Shown: one piece after another, positions 14,288 to 28,932 of the stretch
Layout: each line of letters opens with the position of its first letter
Position numbering within the stretch: the first letter of the stretch is position 1
NCBI GenBank assembly: GCA_951406725.2
Contig: OX597825.1
Coordinates: 28,334,001-28,398,000 of the forward strand
Length of the DNA: 64,000 nucleotides
Source of the DNA: Octopus vulgaris
Taxonomy: Eukaryota
Direction: 5' to 3'
Notes under the pieces: model-generated
The model's database searches: none
What the model was told of the DNA's origin: nothing
What the model saw: the letters and a program-made list of their open reading frames with translations, nothing else
Made by a program: the position numbers and the translations under genes

Positions 14288-14291
<4 letters not shown>
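14128..14291 (+). mobile_element. (TA)n-flanked CUGUNGA-HHR family element, degenerate HHR at 14164-14199
   Basis: cttt-CTGTGGA-a-gagc(gtag)gatc-GAAA-cata-aaag, with the tail cctgagcgttatactaatacatctgtttg shared with 25550 and 33576. Confidence 0.7.
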
Positions 14292-14341
<50 letters not shown>

Positions 14342-14479
14342 ACAGCAAAGACACTTAGATATGCACAAACTTATGTATGTATGTGTATATATATATATAT
14401 ATATCTGTGTGTGTGTGTGTGCGTACGTGTGTTTGTGTGTGTGTGTGCGTACGTGTGTGTGTGTGTCTGTCTGTCTATA

Positions 14480-14883
14480 TCTCTTATTATAAAAGGCAGA
14501 TTTTATCTGCCTCCCTTTGGGAGTTATACAAATCTACAATATAGGATTTCTTCAATTACAATTTACCTAGCATTTTTGAGAGTACAATGCATCGCGTCAT
14601 GCCAGGTCCAGTTTTTAAAATTTAAACTCCAATTAAGCAAAATTTACAGAAAACTCACATTCTGGTGTGTGTGTCAAATGCTTTTCTTAGTCTGGTTTAC
14701 ACCACACGCAAACGCACACACACAGTGGGCAACGAAAAAAGTGAAACTAGATGTAATATTTGTTTCTCTCTATCACGCTGATAGATACATGAGTAAAATG
14801 TATGGGAAGCTAACACATAAGTGTGAGTGAAAATGTTCTTGGAAGAGAGTAAATAGCCAGAGATAGTGATTTGAGGAAGACTA
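14480..14883 (+). mobile_element. Helitron-like 5' segment (family H2), with an inverted copy at 18834-19236
   Basis: Starts a|TCtcttattataaaa, resembling the 5' ends of the neighbouring Helitrons; ORFs 14237 and 18886 share the same peptide. Confidence 0.55.
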
Positions 14884-14947
14884 CATTAAATAACCGTAGT
14901 GGCTTGTGTTAGTAATAAAGTAAACATACACTCATACATACATACAT

Positions 14948-14982
<35 letters not shown>

Positions 14983-15045
14983 TACATACATACACACACA
15001 CATACATACATACACACATACATACATACATATACATACATACAT

Positions 15046-15076
<31 letters not shown>

Positions 15077-15306
15077 TACACACACACACAGTATTGAAGC
15101 TTGAGAACAATCAGATACATTTGCAGCACATCTGTTGAAAATATTATTGTTCACACACATACATATACATATATACATACAGACAGACAGACAGATAGAC
15201 ACACACACACACATGATCCAGCATGGCCACAACCTCAAGGCTGAAACATATAAAAGAATAACAGAATATAAATGTGTGCATGTGTGTGAGAGAGAGAGTG
15301 TGTGTG

Positions 15307-15338
<32 letters not shown>

Positions 15339-15511
15339 TGTATATATATACAATAATGCGGTTTTTTCAACAGCTTGAACTAAAAGTCAGAGGGGAATGG
15401 GATAAACTACTTATATTAACTTGCTATAAAAGCAGGTAGTAATTTTATCTTGTCCTTATTCATAGTGCAAGTTTTGAACAGCTATTTTTTTCAAAGCTAT
15501 ATTGGAACAGC

Positions 15512-15755
15512 CTAGAAGACGAGCCTCATCCTGAAAGATCTGTAGAACTCGACAAGGACATCCTGAAAACCCTGGTGGAACAAAATCTCATCGTAACTGT
15601 TGAGGAACTAGCAGAGAAGCTTGGATTTGGTCATTCAACCATTCATTGAGACCTGTGTGCTATCGGAAAAGTCAGCAAATTGGGTCAATGGGTTCCTCAC
15701 GAACTTTCCGAGTCTAATTGCATGCAGAGAGTGAATGTATGCTTTTCTTTGCTGT
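15512..15755 (+). pseudogene. Mariner transposase N-terminal fragment (HTH region and WVPHEL)
   Basis: LEDEPHPERSVELDKDILKTLVEQNLIVTVEELAEKLGFGHSTIH*DLCAIGKVSKLGQWVPHELSESNCMQRVNVCFSLL, with an in-frame stop. Confidence 0.88.
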
Positions 15756-15784
15756 CACATCTCACCACTACTGCGCTATGTATA

Positions 15785-16423
15785 TCTATATATATAAAAC
15801 TGTAGTTGTGTGAGTGTCTGTCCCCTTCGATTTAGATTCCTAACTACTCCCACATTTTGCGGTGCAGTTTAACCAAATTCGGGTATCTTATAGTCGTGAT
15901 TCATATCGAGCCCGTCTGGGTATTAGCGCGCGTCTACGATGAGTCTACGATTTTAAAAATAATTTAACATCATTTTTTATTCCATTTTAATGCATAATTT
16001 TTCGTGTGTCGATGGCGGCGGAGTTGGCGTCCACGCTCACACCTGCACCTGTGGGGAAGAGAGTGTAAGGAAATCAACGTCGTAATGCGTTGTCAAGGAG
16101 ACCAGCGTTCTTTTAGAACAAAGACTTCATGGCTTGAAGACACCAAAACAGAAATGGCTAAGAAAGCGTCTACATGAGTCTACGATTTAAAAAAAAAATT
16201 ACCATCGTTTTTTTTCCATTTTAATACATTTTTTCGCTATTATATAAGGGAAGTAACTCTCTAAAAATGTCTACGATGAGTCAACGATTTTTCAAAAAAT
16301 TTACCATCATCTTTTTTCCATTTTTAATGCATTTTTTGCTATTTTTTTTGGCTATAACTCTCTAAAAATGCTTATATAGTTATTTCCCTTACAAACCCGA
16401 GCAACGCCGGGCGATACTGCTAG
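15785..16423 (+). mobile_element. Non-autonomous Helitron (family H1)
   Basis: 5' a|TCtatatatataaaa; 3' hairpin cccgagcaacgccggg followed by CTAG|t; no TSD; a shorter inverted copy lies at 18059-18455. Confidence 0.85.
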
Positions 16424-16820
16424 TATATATATATATGCGGTATTTTTATATCTTCTTATTTCCTTGCATCCTTTAATATATTTAATACTGCTGGAATTTT
16501 TTTTAATATAATTATTTTTTTTTTTTAAAGTTTATCTGTTATAGAACCAATTATCTCATTTTTTGCATGTAGTCCTTGGTTTTCAGTTATTGGAAAATGT
16601 GTACCTCTTTCTCGGATGAAATCTGAATGTAATTATGGGCTCATTGTTTCAATAGTCCTATCATGACCTTCCTAAAAGTTTGCTACGATGAAGTATTATT
16701 AAGCTTCTATTCTTTAAGAAATTACTCTTCTTTTTTAGGGCTTAAATTGATTTATGTAACCTTCCTATCTTACTTGGTCCTTATATACTTTTCTAAATTT
16801 TAAAAGTTTGCTTTTTATCA

Positions 16821-17185
16821 TCTCTCTATATATAAACGGCAAAATGTCTCTGTGTGTGTCCTTTATACAAATCGACAATTTTTCAATAAGAGGGCTCGCA
16901 CTTTCTATAGTGATTTATAACCGTCTTAGGGTGGTCATGCATATCCTCACATTTCCCCAGTCACCCCGCAATGCCATTAAAAAAATCAATAGAAGTGACT
17001 TTTTTGTGAATTTTCTATCCAAAACCCAAACAAAATGCCCGAGAGTTGATACGCCATTTGAATGCCAGCTAGCTGTATGTGATTGGTCGGAGATTTGGAC
17101 AGTACTCTCGTCTATGTGCGCACGCACGCAGCTGTATATGCATGCACTAGCACTATGGCCCGGTGTTGCCTGGTCATAGTGCTAG
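16821..17185 (+). mobile_element. Non-autonomous Helitron (family H3)
   Basis: 5' a|TCtctctatatataaa; 3' hairpin gcactatggcccgg...cctggtcatagtgc ending CTAG|t. Confidence 0.75.
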
Positions 17186-17979
17186 TACAAAATATAATAA
17201 TATATAAATTTTGCTAAATTTTGGTGATATATTTTCCCCTCTAAATGCCCATTTTATATCTCTTCGCGACGTCTGTTGTTTTCTATTTTAACTGATAATA
17301 ATAAAATAGTTTATGCCATTCCTGCCCTCCCTCTTACTGGACTGATCTAGTGACTTCTGAGATTTCTTTATGTAGACATAGCGAATTTATAGTCATAGTA
17401 AATTAAGGGTTTGGGAGAGTATCTGACATTAATTTATTATCAACAGCTAGAACTTAACCGTCAATTCCCAGCGGTTTTAATTCTTAGCGGACGTAGTAAA
17501 CTAACTACGTTAGATATTTTGATAGTGATTATGGCGGCCATTGTATATTCTCTTCTGCCACTCCAAATTATATTTGGTGCATTTTTCTCCCTTAGTTCAT
17601 TCTGCTACAATAATAGCAACAGGCATGTAATTTGCTACAAAAATTATAATGGAGTATCCTGTATGTTGAAAACCTATATGGTCTTATGCTTCCGAAGAAG
17701 GCGATATATTTCAAATTGATGTAATGCTTGCATTATTCGTTTAAATGGAGCTGGTTGAAATGGCCGTAATGGCCTAATACTTTGACATCCTGGTTAATTA
17801 TTTGCTTTATATATTAATTTTAGCAGCAAATAATTTTGACAATAATGTGTTTGCATTGAATTAGCATTTTTCAAAATCAGGTGCGGAAAACAACATCCAT
17901 CATATGGTGTCCGTTAAACCTCCACTCTATGACCGGGCATAATTAAATTCCTATAAATGTGTATGTGTGTCTGCGTATT

Positions 17980-18058
<79 letters not shown>

Positions 18059-18455
18059 CTAGCAGTATCGCCCGGCGTTGCTCGGGTTTGTAAGGGAAAT
18101 AACTATATAAGCATTTTTAGAGAGTTATAGCCAAAAAATAGCAAAAAATGCATTAAAAATTGAAAAAAAAATTAGGGTAAATTTTTTTTTTAAATCGTTG
18201 ACACATCGTAGATATTTTTAGAGAGTTACTTCCCTTATATAAAAGCGAAAAAAATGCATTAAAATGGAAAAATATGCTGGTAAATTTTTTTTAAATCGTA
18301 GACTCATCGTAGACGCGCGCTAATACCCAGAAGGGCTCGATATGAATCACGACTATAAGATACCCGCTTTTGGTTAAACTGCACCGCAGAATGTGGGAGT
18401 AGTTACGAATCTAAATCGAAAGGGACAGACACACAACTTCACTCTTATATAAAGA
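18059..18455 (-). mobile_element. Non-autonomous Helitron (family H1), shorter copy
   Basis: a|ctagcagtatcgcccggcgttgctcggg is the reverse complement of the 16396-16423 3' end; the 5' TC is at 18454-18455. Confidence 0.85.
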
Positions 18456-18833
18456 TGGGTTTTTTTTTCAGTCATAGAGTTAGATTTATGAAGGTCTTCA
18501 GTAGAAAATCCTTCGAATTCTGACTCGCTGCTTGATATAATGAAATTCGTATCCATTTTTTGTCAGAATTACAAATTTTGAAAACACAATAGGAACAAAT
18601 TTCGGAAAAAAATCTCCCATAATTCACGGAATTAAAATTACACTTCGATTTTTGTACAAAACTGTATTTGAAGTGTTTACGAAGTATAATACGTGTTTTC
18701 ACGAATGTACTAAAGAGATTTACTCTGATATTCTCATTTAAATATGAATAGGTAAATTCGGGCGGTTTGGTAACGAAAGGGTTTATATAAGTGTCGTCTG
18801 TTTATACATAAACACTGTTTCATACTTTCAGTT

Positions 18834-19236
18834 TAGTCTTCCTCAAATCACTCTGTAGCTAATTTACTCTCTTCCAAGAACATTTTCACTCACACTTATC
18901 TGTTAGCTTCCAATACATTTTACTCATGTATCTATCAGCGTGATAGACAGAAACAAATATTACATCTAGTTTCACTTTATTGGTTGCACACTGTGTGTGT
19001 GCGTTTGCGTGTGGTGTAAACCAGACTAAGAAAAGCATTTGACACACACACCAGAATGTGAGTTTTCTGTAAATTTTGCTTAATTGGAGTTTAAATTTTA
19101 AAAACTGGACCTGGCATGACGCGATGCATTGTACTCTTAAAAATGCTAGGTAAATTGTAATTGAAGAAATCCTATATTGTAGATTTCTATAACTCCCAAA
19201 GGGAGGCAGATAAAATCTGCCTTTTATAATAAGAGA
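18834..19236 (-). mobile_element. Helitron-like family H2 segment, inverted copy of 14480-14883
   Basis: Near-identical reverse complement. Confidence 0.55.
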
Positions 19237-20330
19237 TATATATATATATAAGTACATATATACATGTATTTACTCAAATATACAATCGAAACTGTCTGTT
19301 ATACTCACCTACATATGGAGCCCAAAAGCACTTACGTATCAACAATCTTTTATATGTATATCAACTCGTTTACAATTGTGATTAGAAGTTTTCAACGTAT
19401 ATTGAGAAAAGAAAATACTCTATAGACAAATGCCCATTTTTTCCCCATCGGGATTATATGCCCTGCTATTAGATTATTTTCTATAGTAAATATACTCGGT
19501 GAAATCATATAATCATATTTACAAAATTTACACAATTACCGTTCCTTGATTTAAGTAAAATACGCAGACGCTGACATAATGAATTTCTTGCCAAAGCATG
19601 ACTCCGGCCTTTCAGCTAAAACGCATAAGGGAATAGGAAAAATAAAAAGTATTTTCTACTACACGATTAACTAATAAAACTTGTTAGTAAAGGCCAGCAT
19701 TACTTTAATATATGAACATGTCTTTTCATTCATAATAATGATACTATAGAAATATATGTTACAGTCATTACAGAATTACTCACTAATATAGATACACGTT
19801 AATATATATATATATGTGTGTGTGTGTGTGTATCTATCTATCTGCCTATCTATCTATCGATCTATCTATCTGCCTATCTATCTATCTATAGATAGACATA
19901 TATATATATATACACACACAAATATATATATTATTTTATTCTTTTACTAAATACATATATATATATATACATGTATATATACAGTATGTATATATACAAA
20001 TATAATATATAAATATATATATATATATAATATATCTATATATATACATACATACATGCATACATACATATATTTATATGTGTGTATATATATATATATA
20101 CATATCTATACACACACACACACACACACATACATATATATACACACAAATATATATATTATTTTATTCTTTTACTAAATACATATATATATATATATAC
20201 ATGTATGTATATATACAAATATAATATATAAATATATATATATAATATATCTATATATATACATACATACATGCATACATACATATATTTATATGTGTAT
20301 ATATATACATATCTATACACACACACACAC

Positions 20331-20456
<126 letters not shown>

Positions 20457-21237
20457 TATACACACACACAACTCAGGAATAAGTTGGTAGATAATTTGAT
20501 AACGACTCAAATGTGCACATATCTTTGATAAAATTTAGATTCGACTTATTTGTCAATCGGGATGTGCTGGGGATAATCGGCAGCTATTAGATATACATAC
20601 TTGCATACATACACACACAGACACACAGATACATACACACACACACACACACACACATAGACACCTACACTTACACGCACGCACGTGTGTGTGCGTGCGT
20701 GCGTTTATACATATTCATATACACTTAGATAGACCGACAGATGCTGGTACATACGTACCTGTTTGAGCATAACATTTACCTGCGTATTACTTACTTATGT
20801 GTGTGTATGCGTAAAATTCTTTGTTGGTGTATGTCTGTATAGTATATGATAATGTAAAAAAAATAATAAACGAACTGGAAACCAAGAAGAATGTTTAAAA
20901 GAAGATATTAATGATTATTTTACGTGACATATTAAATTAAAAATGCGTATATCTGAAGCGGAAGACATTTCCATCAGATAACTCTTATTTGCACAAATAT
21001 TATTTCTTTTGCTTATTATTAGTTTCGGCAGAACCGAATGAGCTCCAGACATAATATCTCTTGTTATTTAGCTACGAAGGTTAAATATGCTTGGCTTTCA
21101 TTCTTTTTTTTTTTTTTTTTGCGGGACGAGCGGGAAACATTATGAAAAAATAAAGAACCAATCAAATAATGAACTCTATTTAATTCACTCTAGTCAGCAT
21201 CCCCTTTTTAATTTACTATATTTATCATCCCCAACTG

Positions 21238-21271
<34 letters not shown>

Positions 21272-21319
21272 GGTGGTGGTGGTGGTGGTGATGATGATGA
21301 TGATCTTTTCTACTATAGG

Positions 21320-21677
21320 GGAGGGGGGCAGTTGATAATGTCGACCTCAGTACGCAACTGGCACTTTATTTATCGACTCTGAACGGATGAAAGTCAAAGT
21401 CGACCTCGGCGGAATTTGGACTCGGAACACAAAGACAGACGAAATGCCTATTTCTTTACTATCCACAAGGGGCTAAACACAGAGAGGACAAACAAGGGCA
21501 GACAAACGGATTAAGTTGATTATATCGACCCCAGTGCGTAACTGTAACTTATTTAATCGACTCCGAAAGGATGACAGGCAAAGTCGACCTCGGCGGAATT
21601 TAACTCAGAACATAGCGGCAGACGAAATACCGCATTATCACCCGGCGTGCTAACGCTTCTGCCAGCTCGCCGCCTTG
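21320..21677 (-). mobile_element. SINE family B, head-to-tail dimer
   Basis: Two gtcgacctcggcggaattt units; the head aaggcggcgagctggcagaa lies at 21657-21676. Confidence 0.85.
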
Positions 21678-22269
<592 letters not shown>

Positions 22270-22271
<2 letters not shown>

Positions 22272-22826
22272 GCCCTGATGCAGGTTCCAGGCAGTGGCTC
22301 TCATTGCTTCTGATCTTAACTGATTGGAAGTGTTATCATGTACATTCTTTTGTCTTGGTATAAAAGATGGGCTACAGCAAATATTCTGCTCAATACCACA
22401 GATTTGCTTGTCAGATGTTTGACCTTAACCAGTTGAGCATGTCCCTTAGTGGCTGACGATATGTGCATCTCTGATCACGAGCAGAAGTAGTGGGGGAGCA
22501 TCATAGCCATGTGTTGAGAAGGATTCTTTGGGATTTGAATAATTCTCCCCTGGAAACATGGGTGGTTCTTTCAACATCCGTAAACAACCCTTATTCAGGG
22601 ACCTTTTGAGCGGGATGGGCTACTCAACCTGAAGAAAATTCTAACTGGGCCCCACCTGCAAGGTCATGTGCTGTTTATCTTGATATGAGATCACCATGTC
22701 GCGCACATATGGTTGTGATGCATGTGCCTGGTGTACCCTTATCAGACGGGTAGTCATGATGTGTATATTGGGCTTCGTATATTTTACCCTAGTGTCACTT
22801 TGATGGCATGCACTGCTCTCTCACTC

Positions 22827-22885
<59 letters not shown>

Positions 22886-23439
22886 GTGCTCTGATGCAGT
22901 ACCACTTAGTGGCTTTCATGGCTTCTGATCTTAACTGATTGCAAGTGTTATCATGTACATTGTTTTGTCTTGGTATAAAAGATGGGCTACAGCAAATATT
23001 CTGCTCAATACCACAGATTTGCTTGTCAGTTGTTTGACCTTAACCAGTTGAGCATGTCCCTTAATGGCTGACGATATGTGCATCTCTGATCACGAACAGA
23101 AGTAGTGGGGGAGCATCATAGCCATGTGTTGAGAGGAATTCTTTGGGGTTTGTATAATTCACCTTTGGAAACGGGTGTTTCGTTCAACATCCTTAAACAG
23201 CCCTTATTCAGGGACCTTTTGTGCAGGATGGGCTACTTGACCAGAACAAAATTCTAACTGGGCCCCACCTGCAAGGTCATGTGCTGTTTATCTTGATATG
23301 AGATCACCATGTCGCGCACATATGGTTGTGATGCATGTGCCTAGTGTACCCTTATCAGACGGGTAGTCGTGATGGGTATACTGGGCTTCGTATATTTTAC
23401 CCCAGTGTCACTTTGATGGCATGCACTGCTCTCTCACTC

Positions 23440-23440
<1 letters not shown>
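22270..23440. mobile_element. Two tandem copies of a ~555-bp interspersed element embedded in (AAT)n (22270-22827 and 22885-23440)
   Basis: Diverged direct copies, each bounded by (AAT)n; ORFs 22722 and 23335 are paralogous. Confidence 0.8.
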
Positions 23441-23512
<72 letters not shown>

Positions 23513-23959
23513 CTTTCTACTATAGGCACAAGACCTTAAATTTGGAGGGAGTGGGGTAGTCGATTACATCGACCCCAGTGCCCGACTGCCATATATTTCA
23601 TCGATCGCGAAAGGATGAAATGTAAAACCAACTTCATAAAGACGAACGAAATATTGTCAACCAATTCATCGAGAAATGGTGAAAATTGATAAAAACGTTT
23701 ACATCAGGAGTTCACAATTACTTTTTGCCTATGGACCCCTTTGATTCCTGTTTTACTCCGATGTACCCCCAGATCCATTCGATATATATTAATAAAGATA
23801 TTACTGTATTTGTATTATTAAATATTATTAGGAATTGTATAAAACAGTTTATTTCGTGTATTGTAGAAGTGTTACCGACTTATTGCACATAAATATTAAC
23901 AGAATCTTATGTGATCCCCCGAAGAACCCGGTTGAGAACCGCTTTTTTAAAGTAATTAA

Positions 23960-25500
23960 CCCGAACTGTGAGCCGATTGAATTTCTAGTAACACTGATGT
24001 ATATGCTTATAAAACAAATAGAGATACAGTGGAGCGTTGACTGAGGATGAAAATAAAATAATGATTAAGGTGTTGGAGTAAGTAAATTGTAAGCTTATAG
24101 TGTACGTATGTGATTTGAAATGACGGATCAAAGAAAACTGAACCAAGAGAAAATGAGAGCTGATTAAATTCTGGTACGCATTATGAGCAAGTAATATAAC
24201 AGAGACCAAGTTCGCTAGTAGTTACGGAAAACTTGGGAGTAAACGTCGATGACAGAAGAATATTAATAGAGTCAAGCTAGTTGCTGATGTATCAGTATTG
24301 GAAAGAAAGAGAAAGCGTGAACTTAGTAATGATTATAAATATAACAGACTGAAGAAAAGTATGGTATTGACAGAAAAGGGTTGAATGTTGTTACAGAAGA
24401 ACTAAAATAGCGTGTTTTGGCACAGAGAAAGTAAATGACAAGATATGATGAAAGAGATAAGCAGTATTGGTAATATAGATTATTCCAACTGGATCGGAAG
24501 AAATTCTGTCAATAAACATGTCGGGAAAACATATAAGAAAGGGTTATATCAGATGCAGAGAAAAGTTGTGTTTTTTTTAATGAAATATGGAGTAAGGAAG
24601 AACAGAATAATAAGGTGAGTGGCTAGAAAATTTGTAGAAGATTATTTCTTGCACACAGCAGGAAGAAATTAGAATTGGGAAAAGAAATGTGCGACAAGTA
24701 TGAAGATCAGTTACTGGAAAGCAGCTGGACCTGATTGTGTTCAGAGGTATTGGATGAAGAAGCTTACGGGATGTTATAAAATAATAGGAGAATAGCTTAA
24801 TGCAGAGGTCAACAGAAAATACTTTCATAGGGATAAATGGACGAAGGACACGGTGTTTACAGAATGCAGCACAAGAGAGATGCTGTGGATGACTGCAGAG
24901 CCATATCGTGTCTCTAACTAATCTGGTAGCTGCTCCTTGGAATAATACATGATGAAATATATACATTTCTTGATAATAACTAAATGATCCCTCTGTTGAG
25001 CAGGATTGTAAACGGTATTGCAGGGGGAATAAAGACCAGCAGCTCATAGATAAAATGGTGATGAAAGGTTATAAACAAATGAAGACAAATTTAGCAACGG
25101 CCTTGATAGATTACCGCCAGGCTTATGACATTATATAACAATCATGGATCATCGACTGTTTCAAAATGTTGCGATTTCTAAGAGCGTCAGAAGATTTAGA
25201 GAACAAGCATGAGGAAGACAGAATTCACATCATAAGGCAAAAACCTAGGATTATTAAGAATGAAGATTTTTCTAGGAGACAGTGTTGCTAATTTATTGTT
25301 TGTTTTATGCATGATTCATTTAACGTAGCTCTTGAGAAAATAGATAACTGGATGGAATTTAAAGCAAAAGGGGTACAGATCAGTCATCAAGTATTTATGG
25401 ATAGTATCAAGCACCATGGTAAGGACGAAGCTTAACTCCATTGTTTTTGCAAGAACATTTAAATGAAATTTGGAGGGTACAGTACTTTCTATGGAGCAAA
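23960..25500 (+). pseudogene. Decayed R4/Dong-type (RLE) non-LTR retrotransposon reverse transcriptase
   Basis: Frameshifted motifs in the expected order: KYGIDRKGLNVVTEELK, WKAAGPDCVQRYWMKKL (24715), KDQQLIDKMV (25031), IDYRQAYD, LGDS, ISHQVFMDSIK. Confidence 0.8.
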
Positions 25501-25547
25501 ATGTATGAGAATTTACTTGTATATATATATATATATATATATATAAT

Positions 25548-25739
25548 AGATCGGTAGACACTACACACATTTTTTTCTCTCCTTGTTTCTCTCCTTGTTT
25601 TTTTCTGTGTCCTTTTCTGTAGAAGAGCGTAGGCTCGAAACGTAAAAGACTTTCTCTATTCCTGAGCGTTATACTAATACATCTGTTTGTTTTGTACTCC
25701 ACTCGTCTTCGTCTTTTATTTTTCGTGAACTTCCCCTTC

Positions 25740-25740
<1 letters not shown>
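25548..25740 (+). mobile_element. (TA)n-flanked CUGUNGA-HHR family element, HHR at 25613-25648
   Basis: tttt-CTGTAGA-a-gagc(gtag)gctc-GAAA-cGTA-aaag. Confidence 0.75.
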
Positions 25741-25774
<34 letters not shown>

Positions 25775-25834
25775 ATATATTATAGATAGATAGATTGATA
25801 GAGAGATGTATATATGTATATATATGTATGTATG

Positions 25835-25869
<35 letters not shown>

Positions 25870-25901
25870 TTTATTTAAAGCAGCAGAAAATTCAACAAAA
25901 T

Positions 25902-25939
25902 CTGTTACTTTGAGTTTCTCGTTGCCGTTCATCAGACAG
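25902..25939 (-). ncRNA. Type I hammerhead motif in a ~100-bp (TA)n-flanked insert
   Basis: ctgt-CTGATGA-a-cg(gcaa)cg-a-GAAA-ct(caa)ag-TA-acag. Confidence 0.7.
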
Positions 25940-25968
25940 TTTTTGTTAGAATGGAACTGATATATCAA

Positions 25969-26000
<32 letters not shown>

Positions 26001-26218
26001 TTTTAGTTTTTTCTTTTATTATTTAACTTTTTTTAAACAAGAGGCTGGAGTCATGCTGGAGCAACGCCTTTCAATGTTTCAGGTTCTCCTTTCGGTACTG
26101 CTTATGGTGAAGAAACGAGTTGGACGAAACTGCCTGCTGCTGTGATGTGCTTTTTTAACGTTTCCACATCTACACCTTGCAGACCACGTAAATTTCTTGG
26201 CAGGATTTTAAACAGCTT

Positions 26219-26470
26219 TCATCCACTGAATGCCAAGCTGCTGCAATAATAGATCCATATCTGTGATGAAGAAGGCAGTATCGTTGGTGTTATGCAGTGC
26301 CCTACAGTTCGGTGGCTGGTATCGTTTTTAATTCCAAAGTTGGGAGCTTGACCTTCCAGGATATTCCATATGTATAACACTACATACATTTCTCGCTTTC
26401 TTTCCAAGGAGTAGAGATTCAGTTCCTGTAGCGTCTCCCAGTAGCTCATCTGTTTCACCGACTCAAGCTT
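26219..26470 (-). pseudogene. CR1/L2-like LINE ORF2 C-terminal fragment
   Basis: [40 protein letters not shown] fits the LSYxERLxxLxLxSLExRR pattern. Confidence 0.75.
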
Positions 26471-26697
26471 CTTTGTGCGTGTGTGTGTGTAGTTGTGTGT
26501 GTGTGTGTGCGCGCGCGTATGTGTGTATGTGTGAGTGTGTTGTGCGCGTGCATGTGAGTGTGTACGCGTGCGTGTGTGTGTGCGTGTGTCTGTGTGTGTG
26601 CATGCATATATAGATATACATACATATATGTGTGTATATATACATATATATACATATACGTGCATAATACGTATGTATATATCTATATGCATATGTA

Positions 26698-26759
<62 letters not shown>

Positions 26760-27514
26760 CAAAGAAATTGTGTCAATAAACAAGTCCGGAAAACACATAT
26801 ACATATACGTATATACATATATCTATATGTGTATGTATTCCGATATTATATCTATATAGGTTGATAGATAGATAGATAGATAGATACATACATACATACA
26901 TACATACATACATACATACATACATACATGCATCATATATATACATACATACATACATATATATTTATGTAATATCTGAGAATATGTACAATATATTAAC
27001 GTCATATATTTATATATATCATATTGACATCCACAACCTATGGAAATATATTCCTCGTATTTCCGGCATAATATGAAGTATCTTAATGCCATCGAATACC
27101 AGTGATGCCTGATAAAATGTTATTATTACTATCGAACAATAACTTAGAAATTTAAACGAATAGGCGTCTACGGATATCGTGATATCTCTGCAAGTAGCAG
27201 GAAATATGAGACTTCTACACTGCTATACTGAAATTGCAACTGTCAAGAATGGTCATTGAAATAGAGTAGTTGGTTCGTCAAGATTCTTTTGTAATATTCT
27301 ACATGAAGATTCTCCTGGCTAGAGAAAACTTAATTGTGGCTCAGATATACACACAAGTACGCGATTCACAAATTCACACATCGTATCTGCTTGTCTGACT
27401 GTTTATCTAACCACCTATCAATTTTATTTATCTATCTGAATATATGCAAGGACACATGTACCGGCCCCACCATCACAAATCGACATATGCATGTGTGTGA
27501 ATACATACATACAT

Positions 27515-27555
<41 letters not shown>

Positions 27556-27575
27556 CATACATACACACACACACA

Positions 27576-27618
<43 letters not shown>

Positions 27619-27619
27619 C

Positions 27620-27830
27620 AATATACGACCGCGCGTGTATCGTTGACGATTTTATTTTTCCGTCTTCACTTCTTTGGAACTTTTCTATATTTCTGATGAA
27701 GAGCTCCGCTCGGAACGTGAAATCCTCTTTTTGTTTTCTTTCCTTTCCTGAGCGTCCAATAACACTGTACTTATTCCAGGTCCTCACGTTGTTGTTTTTT
27801 TTCTTGCTTGTTCATGTTTGGATTGACTAT
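27620..27830 (+). mobile_element. (TA)n-flanked HHR-bearing element related to the CUGUNGA family, HHR at 27689-27723
   Basis: attt-CTGATGA-a-gagc(tcc)gctc-GGAA-cgtg-aaat, followed by the tail cctgagcgt. Confidence 0.6.
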
Positions 27831-28342
27831 ATATATATATATATATAATACATTGCTTTATTTTGAGATTGCTAGTGTTAAACATACTCGCAAATAAAAT
27901 ACAAACTGGAGTTGTAGTGCTCCAAGTGACCTATATTCTGCTTAATAATCTCAATGGAAGCAATGCAAGCGGAAAGTAGAGGAACATAATTAATAACCAC
28001 ACTCAAAATCAAATATATACATATATTCTTCTACATTTATAAAACGGATATAAATATTCCAAATATATAAATATAAGAATACATAAATAGATAAATATCG
28101 ATGTGATACATAAAACGCAGTGAATTTCAGATTTAAATTTTATCATACGTTTCTGTAATAAAAATTTGAGATGATAAAACATTAAAAGGGCGTACTAAAA
28201 TACCACGAAAATAATACAAAAAATGTTAAATTCCATCTACAGGCCACTGGTATAGAATTTCTCTAACTTTACTACCCTATATATATTTTTCTCTTATATA
28301 TATGTCTGTATGTGTGTGTGTGTGTGTGAGTAAATGAAATTC

Positions 28343-28395
<53 letters not shown>

Positions 28396-28396
28396 A

Positions 28397-28554
28397 GGGC
28401 GTAGGAGTGGATGTGTTGTAAGTAGCTTGCTTACCAACCACATGGTTCCGGGTTCAGTCCCACTGCGTGGTCGAGTTGCTCGATTAAAGGTGGTGCTCCA
28501 GCATGGCCGCAGTCAAATGACTGAAACAAGTAAAAGAGTAAAAGAGTAAAGAGT
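28397..28554 (+). mobile_element. SINE family A with large internal deletion
   Basis: The head ggcgtaggagtgg...gggttcagtcccactgcgtgg is fused directly to the tail gctcgattaaaggtggtgctccagcatggccgc...gtaaaagag. Confidence 0.85.
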
Positions 28555-28932
28555 ATATATATATATATATTCATGTGTAATAGTCTCTAGTAGTTTTGAA
28601 GCAATCAATCAAAATTTCTTATATTATCACAATTTGTATTTCGATGCATGTGAATATGTATGCTTATATTTTGTAACGCTACCACTTCACTTCCATCGTT
28701 TGAATAATCTCTAACGATAAACACACTATTGTTACTCAAGAAGGCCTATATAGAATATATAAACGCAAAACACTTACACATTTGTATATAGGTGCTGAAA
28801 AGCCAGTGAGTAATGCGTCTAATAGTATGAAGCCGCAGTAGAAAACATGAGTCCCTGCTACTACATGTAAAATTAATCAGAAAACAAAAGAATATTCCTT
28901 TGAGCAGTCACCTCACTATTATAACACATAAA

